A stretch of 64,000 nt of DNA, taken from contig CAVPNL010000001.1 of assembly GCA_963706575.1 (NCBI GenBank), forward strand, positions 192,001 through 256,000, in the 5' to 3' direction. Position 1 is the stretch's first letter. Every line of letters begins with the position of its first letter. The position numbers and the translations under genes are program-made. Under the pieces are notes generated by a model. The model searched no databases, was not told the DNA's origin, and saw only the letters and a list, made by a program, of their open reading frames with translations. Origin of the DNA: an uncultured delta proteobacterium (GTDB lineage: Bacteria; Desulfobacterota; Desulfobacteria; Desulfobacterales; JAHEIW01). This document shows, in pieces, positions 47,334 through 57,158 of this stretch.

Positions 47334-48011
47334 GTGAGTCAATTTGCGATGAAAGAGTGGATCAAAATTGAAAGGATACCGGGTGTTCTGGCCAGCGCTT
47401 ATGTGAAGGCCACCAGAATGGTAATCGAAAGCTATTATCGCCCGGTGGCTCGAGAGATTGCCGCCAATTTAAACCAAGGTACCATTTTAGACCTGGGCAC
47501 TGGTCCGGGTTATTTGCCGGTCGAAATAGTAAAAAGATCCCCAACGATAAACGTTATTGGGGTTGACCTCAGTCGTAAATTAATTGAAATGGCGCGTTTA
47601 AATGCCGTAAAAGCAGACCTGACGGAGCGTCTTACTTTTAAAGATGGAAACGCCGGCAGATTGGAGTTTGCAGATTCATCCTTTGATATGGTCATCAGTA
47701 CCGGCATGCTGCATTCACTCAAGGAACCGGTCAACGTTTTGCAGGAAATTTACCGGGTGCTAAAAACGGACAGAGAAGCATGGATTTTTGATCCGGCCAA
47801 AGTGGCATCTGCAGTGGACCGCCAGAGATGGAAGGAATCTCTGAATTTGCGGGAACGATTTTTTCTTTGGCTTTTTCAATTATTCGGTTTACATAAGCCG
47901 ATTAAAGCCTATACCCGTGAGCAGGCGATTGCTCTGATCGAAAAAACAGATTTTAAAAATTACCAGATTGATGCGCGCGACAACGAAATCAGAATAAAAT
48001 TGCGAAAATAA
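47334..48011 (+). CDS. Class I SAM-dependent methyltransferase
   Basis: ILDLGTGPG, GVDLS, FADSSFD, EIYRVLK; start uncertain. Confidence 0.9.
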   Translation: MSQFAMKEWIKIERIPGVLASAYVKATRMVIESYYRPVAREIAANLNQGTILDLGTGPGYLPVEIVKRSPTINVIGVDLSRKLIEMARLNAVKADLTERLTFKDGNAGRLEFADSSFDMVISTGMLHSLKEPVNVLQEIYRVLKTDREAWIFDPAKVASAVDRQRWKESLNLRERFFLWLFQLFGLHKPIKAYTREQAIALIEKTDFKNYQIDARDNEIRIKLRK

Positions 48012-48071
48012 TAATCAATGCTTTATTAAAAATTTGTATTAGTATTTGCGGCTTTCCATGAGGTTACCCAA

Positions 48072-48398
48072 ATGCATACTTATAAAAAAATATACGAGTT
48101 TGCCGCCGCCGCCGGTGCCTTTGAAGGATATGTTTATCAAAGATCTAAAGCAGAAATCGACACCGAAGCATTGTACAGCTGGGTGGATAATCTGATCGGT
48201 GCTTATGAAAATCTGACTTCTGAGGCTCGAGACGAATGTCAATCTTCAATTGACCAGACCCTTGGCAGAGCAATCAAATCCCTTGGCCTCCTATTCGATG
48301 ATCGAAACGCTCTTATCAACAAACTGCAGAAAATTGTAAAGGGTGAATTGCCTGGAAGCCCGGATGATTTTCAAAAAGAAAAATGGTTTCAAGAATAA
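48072..48398 (+). CDS. Hypothetical helical protein
   Basis: GAGG RBS, fits the operon; no recognised motif. Confidence 0.65.
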   Translation: MHTYKKIYEFAAAAGAFEGYVYQRSKAEIDTEALYSWVDNLIGAYENLTSEARDECQSSIDQTLGRAIKSLGLLFDDRNALINKLQKIVKGELPGSPDDFQKEKWFQE

Positions 48399-48412
48399 AT
48401 TTTGGGGCTTTG

Positions 48413-48811
48413 ATGGCAGAAGATCTGGTTATAACCGGGAAAATTATCAGCGGGGCGGGCGAGGGCGCATATTTTACACAGATCGGCTGGGTTCAGCAGC
48501 AATGTGATGAAAAGCTGGGCTTTAAACCCTATCCAGGGACGCTTAACCTGGAAATTTCAGAAGAATTTCTTCCAGCCATTGAAACTCTGGATCAGAAAAA
48601 GGGGATTGGGCTGATCTCCCCTGACCCCAAATATTGCAATGCCATGGTTTTTCAGGTTTCCTTGGGAGACATTCGCGGCGCGATTATCCTGCCCGAAGAA
48701 AAGGTAAGGATTCATCCTAAAAACATTATTGAGATTATTGCTCCCCTGAACCTAAAAGCAGCTCTTAATTTGAATGATGGTGATTCTCTGAAGATCACTA
48801 TCATCCATTAA
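48413..48811 (+). CDS. CTP-dependent riboflavin kinase (archaeal type, DUF120)
   Basis: GKIISGAGEGAYF, KLGFKPYPGTLNL, IEIIAP..LK..L.L.DGD. Confidence 0.85.
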   Translation: MAEDLVITGKIISGAGEGAYFTQIGWVQQQCDEKLGFKPYPGTLNLEISEEFLPAIETLDQKKGIGLISPDPKYCNAMVFQVSLGDIRGAIILPEEKVRIHPKNIIEIIAPLNLKAALNLNDGDSLKITIIH

Positions 48812-48867
48812 CAAGATGCGGTCGGGTAAACGGACCAACGGACGAACAGGCTTAACTTAGGTATATT

Positions 48868-49557
48868 ATGTCTTATAAACAGAAGAAGCTAAAAGTGGCA
48901 GCCGTGATATTTGATCTGGATGGAACCCTGATCGATTCGATCGACATTTATTTCTCAATCGTTGAAGAAGCATTGGCGAGACTCAATTTGCCTGCAGTTT
49001 CACGCAGTCGAATCCTGGCAGCGGCAGAAAGTGAGGATTTTAAATGGGAGCTCGTTTTGCCGCAAGACGTCTTGCACCGCAAAGAAAAAATTATCGATGA
49101 GGCCTGGGCGGTGATTAACGAGATCGCACCGCAGATGTTTGCGGACAACCTGGATTTAATCCAGGGGGCGGGAGGTACTGTTGAAAATTTGTCTTCAAAA
49201 GGATTGAAGATTGGTCTGGTTACCTCAACTCAGCGGCAGTATTTGGAAACGAAGATGCAGCCATTGAAAAATGCCGGTGTCGACACATTGTTTGATGTCA
49301 TTATCACAAGCGATGACGTTGAAAAAAGAAAACCGGCTCCCGACCCGCTTATTGCTTGTGCACAACAGCTCGACCTGAAACCGGACAACTGTGTTTATGT
49401 CGGCGATACCACGACCGACATTAGGGCCGGCAAGGCAGCCGGTATGTGGACAGTTAGTGTTCTAACCGGTTTTGATGAATATGAGGCCCTTGAAACAGAA
49501 AATCCGGATGCCATTATAAAAGACGTTCAAAATTTGCTGGAAGTAATTGAAGTCTAG
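48868..49557 (+). CDS. HAD family phosphatase
   Basis: FDLDGTLIDS, KPAPDP, YVGDTTTD. Confidence 0.92.
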   Translation: MSYKQKKLKVAAVIFDLDGTLIDSIDIYFSIVEEALARLNLPAVSRSRILAAAESEDFKWELVLPQDVLHRKEKIIDEAWAVINEIAPQMFADNLDLIQGAGGTVENLSSKGLKIGLVTSTQRQYLETKMQPLKNAGVDTLFDVIITSDDVEKRKPAPDPLIACAQQLDLKPDNCVYVGDTTTDIRAGKAAGMWTVSVLTGFDEYEALETENPDAIIKDVQNLLEVIEV

Positions 49558-49640
49558 TGTTTCGGCAAATAGGTTAGCGCCTGTGCACAGGAAAAAATGA
49601 CTGGAATAAAATATACCTTACAACCTCTACAGCACCGGGG

Positions 49641-51296
49641 GTGGAAATGAAACTAGAAGGCGTCACACCTTATAAAAAAGAGGATGCGGCTAAGTACAAC
49701 CGGCTGCGTTGGTGGCCGGGGATCCCGCTGGGCGATTTCCTTGATAAGGCAGCGGACATCTATCCTGATAAAGAGGCGCTTGTTGATGGGAAACAGCGTT
49801 TCACCTATGCTCAACTCAAAAACGAAACCGATAAATTAGCCATCGGTTTCATTGATCTTGGCATTAAACCGCTCGATCGCGTTCTTGTTCAGCTGCCCAA
49901 CTGGTTTGAGTTTATTCACACCTATTTTGCGCTCCAGAAGATCGGCGCGATTCCTATTTTGCTGTTGGCAAAACACCGCCAGAATGAAATAAACCACCTG
50001 CTGCACCTGACCACGGCCAACTCCTGGGTTGTGGCGGAAAGATATCACAAGACGGATTATTTGCCGATCATCGATGATGTCCTGCAGAACAGCACCACCC
50101 TTGAAAATGTCATCCTGGTACGGGCGTCACGGCCCGGCGCTTTTTTAAGTCTGGAAAGCCTCATTCAACAAGTAGAGCTGACGGACGCCAATTTGTCCAC
50201 TCTGGCCGACCGAAGACCGGACCCAATGCAGGTGGCGCACATGGGTCCCACCGGCGGCACGACCGGATTGCCCAAAGCAGCTCCCAGAACTCACAATGAT
50301 TATATGTCCCGGGTGGAATACGCAGCCCGGGCCTGTGAATTCAATAATCATGACATTTGCCTTGTCGCCGCTCCTGCATCTCATGATCTTACCTTCAGCA
50401 TGGCGATCTGCATTACCATTTTCACATTTGGCAAACTTGTCATGTTGGACTCATTTGAACCCCAGGCGATTTGCGAAACCATCGAAAGGGAAAAAGTAAC
50501 TGCCATTGTCTGGGTGCCCACCCTGGCATCCCGCCTGATCCATTTCAATGGTCTCAAAGACTATGACCTGAGCTCATTGAAAAAAATGCATTGCGGCGGA
50601 GGTGTAAGCTCTCCGGAACTGATCAGGGCCATTGATGAAAAACTCGATTGCACTTTTTTTAACGGTTACGGAGGAACCGAGGGCATGAGTCTTCTTACCA
50701 GGCCCTCCTATAGCCTTGAGCGTGTATGCAACTCCGTGGGGCGGCCCACCTGTCCTTACGATAGTTATAAAATTGTGGACGAAAACGGCAATGAACTGCC
50801 CCCTAATACCCCGGGAGAGTTGATTGTCAAAGGTCCCGGTATTTTTTCGGGCTATTACAAAATGCCGCAGGAAAACGAGAGGGTATTCGATAAAAATGGA
50901 TATTTCAGGACCGGCGACCAGGCCATGATCAACGATTCTGGAGATTTTGTTTTAACCGGCAGGCTAAAGGAGATGATCAATCGGGGCGGTGAAAGCATCA
51001 GCGCTACCGATATCGAAAACCTGATGGTGACCCACCCCGGGATCATCACCACGGCGGTTGTGCCGATGCCGGACCCGGAACTGGGAGAAAGGGTCTGTGC
51101 TTACGTGCAGCGCGCGTCCGGGGCAGAACTTGATTTCGAAAAGATTATATCTTTTTTGAAAGAACAGGGCGCTTCGGTTCTTCAATTGCCCGAGAGAATC
51201 GAGTTTATGGATGAGTTGCCTTACACCAAAGCAGAGAAAATAGATAAACAGGCACTGGTCAAAGATATCAAAATGAAAATCAAAGACGAAAAATAA
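49641..51296 (+). CDS. Aryl-acid adenylating enzyme / CoA ligase (DHB-AMP ligase-like)
   Basis: TGGTTGLPKAAPRTHNDY, YGGTEG, FRTGD, GRLKEMINRGGE. Confidence 0.88.
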   Translation: MEMKLEGVTPYKKEDAAKYNRLRWWPGIPLGDFLDKAADIYPDKEALVDGKQRFTYAQLKNETDKLAIGFIDLGIKPLDRVLVQLPNWFEFIHTYFALQKIGAIPILLLAKHRQNEINHLLHLTTANSWVVAERYHKTDYLPIIDDVLQNSTTLENVILVRASRPGAFLSLESLIQQVELTDANLSTLADRRPDPMQVAHMGPTGGTTGLPKAAPRTHNDYMSRVEYAARACEFNNHDICLVAAPASHDLTFSMAICITIFTFGKLVMLDSFEPQAICETIEREKVTAIVWVPTLASRLIHFNGLKDYDLSSLKKMHCGGGVSSPELIRAIDEKLDCTFFNGYGGTEGMSLLTRPSYSLERVCNSVGRPTCPYDSYKIVDENGNELPPNTPGELIVKGPGIFSGYYKMPQENERVFDKNGYFRTGDQAMINDSGDFVLTGRLKEMINRGGESISATDIENLMVTHPGIITTAVVPMPDPELGERVCAYVQRASGAELDFEKIISFLKEQGASVLQLPERIEFMDELPYTKAEKIDKQALVKDIKMKIKDEK

Positions 51297-51317
51297 CGTC
51301 CGTTCAAAGGAAACCTG

Positions 51318-51836
51318 GTGACAGATAGGAAAAAACACGAAAGAGAGACGATTCGTCTCACCATAAATGATGTGGTTCAGGAATTTGAAATTGGTGACCA
51401 CGCTTATCAAGTGACACCCTACGAGACGCTGGCACAGACGCTCAGAGAGACGCTGGGTCTGAAGGGGACCAAAACAGGATGCAATCAAGGCGCATGCGGC
51501 TCGTGCACGGTTTTAATGGAGGGAATTCCTGTTTTGTCATGTATGCTGCTGACCATCGAATGCGACGGGAAACAGATCACCACCATCGAAGGTCTTCAAG
51601 ATCAAACAACGGGTAAATTGGATGAGATTCAACAGGCCTTCATCGATCACACCGCCTTTCAATGCGGGTTTTGCACCCCCGGTCTTATTATGGCATCAAA
51701 GGCGTTGCTGAGCAAAAATCCGTCTGCGACCGAAGCAGAGATCAAACAGGCCCTCTCCGGTCACTATTGCCGGTGTATCAGTCACTACCATGTTGTCGAG
51801 GCCCTCATAACGGTTAGCGGGAAAAGCAGAAAATGA
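51318..51836 (+). CDS. Xanthine dehydrogenase family 2Fe-2S subunit
   Basis: GCNQGACGSCTV, QCGFCTPG, CRC. Confidence 0.93.
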   Translation: MTDRKKHERETIRLTINDVVQEFEIGDHAYQVTPYETLAQTLRETLGLKGTKTGCNQGACGSCTVLMEGIPVLSCMLLTIECDGKQITTIEGLQDQTTGKLDEIQQAFIDHTAFQCGFCTPGLIMASKALLSKNPSATEAEIKQALSGHYCRCISHYHVVEALITVSGKSRK

Positions 51837-54106
51837 CATTCCAAAAAGAATACAGGTATATCGGCAAGGCCATGCCCCGCAAAGACGCTGTCGGAATCGT
51901 TACCGGGAAAGCGCAGTACATTGATGATGTGGAACTCCCCAGAATGCTCCATGGAAAGGTGCTGAGGAGCCCATACCCGCATGCGCTGATCAAAAATATC
52001 GACACCACCGACGCTGAAAAATCGCGCGGCGTAAAGGCCGTTTTGACGTATAAAAATGTGCCTCGCTGGATGACCGGAACACCGCGACATGTCCGGGTCC
52101 TGGATGAAAAGGTGCGCTATGTGGGGGATGCGGTGGCGCTGGTTGCGGCGGAGACCGAAGCCATGGCCCGGGATGCTTTGGCGCTCATAGAAGTGAGCTA
52201 CGAGCAGCTGCCTGCCGTATATGACGTTGAGGACGCCTTAAAACCGGATGCGCCCCAGTTATATGATGATTTTCCGGGCAACCTTCTTCCGCTGGATGTC
52301 CCTGTCTTCGGGCCCAAAACCCTGTCGGCAATAGAACTTGGAGATATTGAGAAAGGCTTTGCGGATTCCGATTTTATTAGTGAGGGGACTTTTTCCTATG
52401 AAAATATCCCCAATCCGCTCCCGATTGAATCACCCGGTGTGATTGCCGAATGGAGCGAACCCAATCATCTGACGGTCTGGTCCGCTACCCAGTGCGCATA
52501 CTGGCACCGTCATATGATGATGCCCAGGATGGGGTTCCCTGATATCAGGACCATCGGCACCCACTGCGGCGGCAGTTTTGGATCCAAAAATTACTCCGCC
52601 CAGCCGATGCTGTATGCAGCGGCCTTAGCCCGGGCCGCCGGCAGACCGGTAAAAGTATGCTTCAGCAAGGAAGAGCATTTCGGCGCGTTCGTTTTGCGGC
52701 TGGGCTCAAGATTTCGGGGCAAGGTGGGCCTAAAAAAAGACGGCAGCGTGAAAGCCGTCTCCGGCGAATGGCTGGTGGACACGGGCGCATTTTCAGACCA
52801 GGCCCAGGCCCAGGTTGCCGTCGGATTGGGTGAGGCCCAGCTGATGCTGCGGTGTTCCAACTGGGATCTGAAGACGAAGCTGGTTTGCACCAATAGATGT
52901 GCTTCGGGAATGGTCAGAGGGTTTGGTGGACAGGAGCTGCAGAGCGCGCTGCTTCCCGTTTTTGAGGACGCCATGGCCCAGGGGGACATCGATCCGGTCG
53001 AATTTTTCAAAAAGAACTTTGTCAAGCCCGGTGAGGGATATTACTGGCGCGACGGAAATTGGTGGGTTTCAAAGGGCAAAGATTATTCGGCGGCCATAGA
53101 GAGCGGGGCGCGAGCGTTTGGCTGGGCGGAGAAGTGGAAAGGCTGGCTCAAACCCTCGGCTGTCAACAACAGCAAACGGATTGGTGTGGGCGTGAGTGTG
53201 CATGGTAACGCCGATGTGGGCGAAAGTGTTTCTGAAGCTTACGTGCGGTTGAATCCAGACTCCACCGTTACCATACACGCCTGCGTTGCCGAGTCAGGGA
53301 TGGGGCAAAGAAGCAGTCTCTGCAAAATGGTAGCCGAAACGCTAAAGCTTCCCCTTGAACGGGTGAATATGACGCCCCCCGACAGCCTGATCAACCCCTT
53401 TGATTTTGGGCTGGTGGGTTCACGGGGGACCTATGCGCTGGGATCAGCGGTTATTTCAGCCGCCGAAGACGCCAAAGAAAAGCTTTTTAAAATGGCAGAG
53501 GACAAGCTGGAAGCAGCGCCGAGTGATCTGGATAGCAAAGATGGAATGGTTTTTGTCAAAGGAAGCCCGGATAAAGGGATACCCTGGAGAAAGGCTATCG
53601 GGATAATGCAAACCTGCACCGGATTCGGACGCTTCCAGCCCGACTACTGCATGCCAAACTTTCTGGCACTGTTTGCAGAAGTAGAAGTGGATACGGAAAC
53701 AGGGAAATTGGATTTGCTGAGAGTGGTTACCGCAACGGATGTCGGCCAGATCATTGATCCGCCATCCCTTGAGGGCCAGATGCATGGGGCTCTTGGTGCT
53801 GCCGGGATCGACACCGCCATTTTCGAAGAATCGCTCATAGATAAAAACAGCGGACATATGCTGAACCTGAATATGATGGATTATAAATGGCGTTCTTTTC
53901 TTGAACTGCCCCGATTTGAAAACAAGATCTTAGAGACCTCCATCCAGACGCATCGGTACAAGGCAATCGGTGTCGGAGAGATTTCCACTTCGCCCGGGCC
54001 GGGCGCGGTGTTAATGGCAGCTTCCAATGCCATGGGTAAAAGATTAACAGGGTATCCGCTGACACCTGATAAAATCCTCAAGGCTCTGGGAAAAATCAAT
54101 CCCTGA
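51833..54106 (+). CDS. Xanthine dehydrogenase family molybdopterin subunit
   Basis: LRSPYPHA, GGSFGSK, RGFGG, GSRGT, DVG, GVGE. Confidence 0.93.
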   Translation: MTFQKEYRYIGKAMPRKDAVGIVTGKAQYIDDVELPRMLHGKVLRSPYPHALIKNIDTTDAEKSRGVKAVLTYKNVPRWMTGTPRHVRVLDEKVRYVGDAVALVAAETEAMARDALALIEVSYEQLPAVYDVEDALKPDAPQLYDDFPGNLLPLDVPVFGPKTLSAIELGDIEKGFADSDFISEGTFSYENIPNPLPIESPGVIAEWSEPNHLTVWSATQCAYWHRHMMMPRMGFPDIRTIGTHCGGSFGSKNYSAQPMLYAAALARAAGRPVKVCFSKEEHFGAFVLRLGSRFRGKVGLKKDGSVKAVSGEWLVDTGAFSDQAQAQVAVGLGEAQLMLRCSNWDLKTKLVCTNRCASGMVRGFGGQELQSALLPVFEDAMAQGDIDPVEFFKKNFVKPGEGYYWRDGNWWVSKGKDYSAAIESGARAFGWAEKWKGWLKPSAVNNSKRIGVGVSVHGNADVGESVSEAYVRLNPDSTVTIHACVAESGMGQRSSLCKMVAETLKLPLERVNMTPPDSLINPFDFGLVGSRGTYALGSAVISAAEDAKEKLFKMAEDKLEAAPSDLDSKDGMVFVKGSPDKGIPWRKAIGIMQTCTGFGRFQPDYCMPNFLALFAEVEVDTETGKLDLLRVVTATDVGQIIDPPSLEGQMHGALGAAGIDTAIFEESLIDKNSGHMLNLNMMDYKWRSFLELPRFENKILETSIQTHRYKAIGVGEISTSPGPGAVLMAASNAMGKRLTGYPLTPDKILKALGKINP

Positions 54107-54141
54107 CTTGTGCAAGATGCAAGTAGATAGGAGATAGTAAA

Positions 54142-55140
54142 GTGAAGGCATTCAAGCACTTTAATGCCACCTCGGTCGATGACGCCATTTCGCTGATGCG
54201 CTCATCTAAAGGCAATACCAACCTGATTGCCGGTGGCACAGATTTGTTGGGCGTACTCAAAGATGAAATCCTGCCGGACTATCCTGAAGCCCTTATCAAC
54301 ATCAAAACCATTCCCGGGTTGGATGATGTTAAGCAAAACAAGAAAGGGCTGAAAATAGGCGCCCTGACCAAATTGGCCGATATAATTGCACATCCGTTGG
54401 TTAGAAAGAACTACCCCATTTTGTCCAAAGCAGCAGAAGCCGTGGCCACACCTGAAATTCGCAACATGGCCACCCTGGGGGGCAACCTGTGCCAGGGCAC
54501 GAGGTGCTGGTATTATCGATACCCGCATCACATGGGCGGGAGAATCATTTGCTATCGCAAAGAAAAAGCGCCCTGTCAGGCTGTCAAAGGCGATAACCGT
54601 TATCATGCCATTATGGGTGCAAAGGTGTGTTTCGCCGTTTGTCCCTCAGACACCGCCATAGCGCTCACGGCCCTGGGAGCCAAACTCGAAATCAAAGGTC
54701 CCCAAAAGGCTCGAAAAGTATCCGTCGATGAATTTTTCACCATACGCGGCAATATCCTCGAACCCGATGAGCTCTTAACGCAGATTGAGATACCCAGGCC
54801 TGCACCGGAGGCACGACAGGAATTTATCAAATATACATTAAGAAAGCCCGTTGATTTTGCCGTTGCCAGTGTCGCCGCGGTCGTTAAGATGCAGGATGGA
54901 ATTTGCCAAGATGCGCGCATCGTACTCGGAGCCGTCGCTCCGACACCGGTTAGGGCCGTTGATTCAGAAAAACTCCTGAAAGGCAAGGTTGCCAGTGAAA
55001 AGGGGATTGCCGAGGCCGCCGAGGCAGCGGTTAAGGATGCGAAGCCGATGCGGATGAATGCGTATAAGGTGGAAATAACCAAGACATTGGTAAAAAGAGC
55101 TATTTCGCAGTGCGTCAGCGTAAAAGTGGATCTCCGCTAA
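54142..55140 (+). CDS. Xanthine dehydrogenase family FAD subunit with [4Fe-4S] insertion
   Basis: AGGTDL, IRNMATLGGNLCQGTRCWYYR...C...C...CFAVCPSD. Confidence 0.9.
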   Translation: MKAFKHFNATSVDDAISLMRSSKGNTNLIAGGTDLLGVLKDEILPDYPEALINIKTIPGLDDVKQNKKGLKIGALTKLADIIAHPLVRKNYPILSKAAEAVATPEIRNMATLGGNLCQGTRCWYYRYPHHMGGRIICYRKEKAPCQAVKGDNRYHAIMGAKVCFAVCPSDTAIALTALGAKLEIKGPQKARKVSVDEFFTIRGNILEPDELLTQIEIPRPAPEARQEFIKYTLRKPVDFAVASVAAVVKMQDGICQDARIVLGAVAPTPVRAVDSEKLLKGKVASEKGIAEAAEAAVKDAKPMRMNAYKVEITKTLVKRAISQCVSVKVDLR

Positions 55141-55162
55141 GTGTAATGTTCCACAAATGTAT

Positions 55163-55354
55163 GGTTTCAAGGTTCATAGGTTCATAGGTTCCGGGTTCAG
55201 GGGTTCAAGGGTTCTCGTTTCAGAGGTCAGAAGTCAGAATACAGAAAACAGAAAGCGGGGGTTTATTTCATGTCATAGTCGCTGGTCTCTATCGTCTGTC
55301 GCCTGACCTCTGATATTTGCCTTCTGTCATCTGGCCTCTGTCATCTGACCTCTG
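55163..55354. repeat. Compound 7/8-mer repeat array between convergent genes
   Basis: GGTTCATA-type units, then CAGAGGT/CAGAAGT/CAGAATA and inverted CTGACCT/CTGTCAT/CTGGCCT units running into the MFS 3' end. Confidence 0.8.
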
Positions 55355-56637
55355 TATTTTCGGGGAGCGGCAAACCAGCAAAAAAGGCAAGAAAGTAAAG
55401 AGGTGACAATTACAAGGATAAAAGCCAATTGATAGCTCTGGGTTTTATCAAATATAAATCCCGCGATCCAGGCACCAAAAGCACCGGCGATTCCGATGCC
55501 GGCTTCCAAAAATCCAAAGATCAGGCCAAATATTCTTCCTTTAAATAAATCCGCAGCTATAGCCATAAACATCGGGGCAGTGACACCCCAGCCCATTCCG
55601 AAAAAGATAGCATAACTGTAGATAAGGATTCTCGACCCCATTATTTCGAATAAAAGCAGAGAACCTGCTCCCAGGCAGGCGCAGATAATTCCCAATGTAT
55701 ACGTTAATTCGCGACTGATATGGTCGGAGAGCCAGCCCCAGAAAATTCTAAAAATGGATGAAAGAATCCCAACGAGCGCAAAGATAAAGGCCGCTGTCAT
55801 TTTAGTGACTCCCTGATCGACAAGAAATCCTACGTTGTGGACAAGGATGATAAAAAATCCGATGAATCCTAAGAATGGAAAAATGATCAACGCCCAAAAC
55901 CGCATGGTATTCATGGCTGTTCTGAGGGTCCAGTCACTACTTTTATGAGCTGATGATTTTTTATGGGGATGAGGATTCTTATGTATTTCCCCTGGATTCC
56001 TTCCGTCAGGATGTTGCCCCAATTCTTCAGGCTTATGTCGCAAGAAGATTGCGTTGGCCGGAACTAAAAAGACAAGAACCAGACCGCCGGTGATCGCAAA
56101 AGTTAAGCGCCAACCCCACCAATTAATAAATTGCTGGGACATTGGAACCAGCAAAAAGGTGCCAAGGCCCATGCCCGACACTGCAATCCCGCTTGCCAAG
56201 CCGCGCTTCTTTTCAAACCAGTGGGCTAAAATAGCGGAGTAGCTGACAATGCCGATGCAGGTGATGCCGGCTCCCATGACCACGCCGTAAAGGAGGTAAA
56301 ATTGAGTGAGGGTTTCGATATAGCTACAGACAATCAATCCGAATGCCAGAACCAGAATTCCCGGAACGATGACGCGGCGGGGGCCAAAGCGGTCAATTAA
56401 ACCGCCCACCAGAGGTGCCATTAGCGTATAAATGATAAGGGCTACAGATTGAACGCCGGCGGAATCTGAGCGATTCCATGGGAATTCTTCCAGCAAGGTG
56501 ACATAAAAAACTGAAAAACTTGACCGTATGCCAAACCAGAAGGTCATCGAGATCAGCGCCACTGCAACGATAACCCAGCCGTAGTAGAAGTCCGAGGAAC
56601 AAACACTTCTTCGGGGACTCGCTGAATTGTTCAGCAT
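55327..56637 (-). CDS. MFS transporter (MCT/OFA-like)
   Basis: YYGW, GGLIDRFGPRR, WFEKKRGLA; about 12 TM segments. Confidence 0.92.
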   Translation of the reverse strand: MLNNSASPRRSVCSSDFYYGWVIVAVALISMTFWFGIRSSFSVFYVTLLEEFPWNRSDSAGVQSVALIIYTLMAPLVGGLIDRFGPRRVIVPGILVLAFGLIVCSYIETLTQFYLLYGVVMGAGITCIGIVSYSAILAHWFEKKRGLASGIAVSGMGLGTFLLVPMSQQFINWWGWRLTFAITGGLVLVFLVPANAIFLRHKPEELGQHPDGRNPGEIHKNPHPHKKSSAHKSSDWTLRTAMNTMRFWALIIFPFLGFIGFFIILVHNVGFLVDQGVTKMTAAFIFALVGILSSIFRIFWGWLSDHISRELTYTLGIICACLGAGSLLLFEIMGSRILIYSYAIFFGMGWGVTAPMFMAIAADLFKGRIFGLIFGFLEAGIGIAGAFGAWIAGFIFDKTQSYQLAFILVIVTSLLSCLFCWFAAPRKYRGQMTEAR

Positions 56638-57158
56638 TTAACAGTTTTCCACTGGTTACTTTCGTCAATTAGGCGGCACTCATCAGTCCAGTCACATACA
56701 TTACCGATTTTTTCGGGACTTTCAAAAATGGCGCATTTGAGCAGGCACTCGGATTTTTTGTCATCCACTTCAATGGCGGCTACATAGGTTGTTTCGAAAT
56801 TTAGCTTCTCTATGATTTGATCCAGGATCATGTTGATGATCGGGCAATTGTAAATTTTGATGCCTCGTTTTCTCAGCGCTAACTCTTTTGGAATATGGAT
56901 GCAACTGTCAACTTTGGCGTAAAGCAAAATATCCTGTCCGCCAATGGAATAGGATATATCTTTGGCCAGGCCGGCGGTGATGATTTCCCGAATGCAGTTC
57001 TCAATAATCTCGGCGGGGGTTGTGCCCTGAATATCTCTTGATTGGATAAAATCGACACCGATAAATTCCGTCTTCCAGCAGGCGCAGTCCGACAGCTCGT
57101 GGTAAAAAAGCTCCTCCAGTCTGGCCATCATATCATTGAAGTATTCGGTTCTGTCCAT
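56631..57158 (-). CDS. Hypothetical Cys-rich protein, possibly V4R-like fold
   Basis: VDSCIH...NCP...SEC spacing; tightly coupled within the operon. Confidence 0.55.
   Translation of the reverse strand: MDRTEYFNDMMARLEELFYHELSDCACWKTEFIGVDFIQSRDIQGTTPAEIIENCIREIITAGLAKDISYSIGGQDILLYAKVDSCIHIPKELALRKRGIKIYNCPIINMILDQIIEKLNFETTYVAAIEVDDKKSECLLKCAIFESPEKIGNVCDWTDECRLIDESNQWKTVKC

Noticed and set aside
51318..55140. Firm hcrCAB assignment
   Set aside because: The motifs do not distinguish it from PaoABC-like or other XDH-family enzymes without a phylogeny
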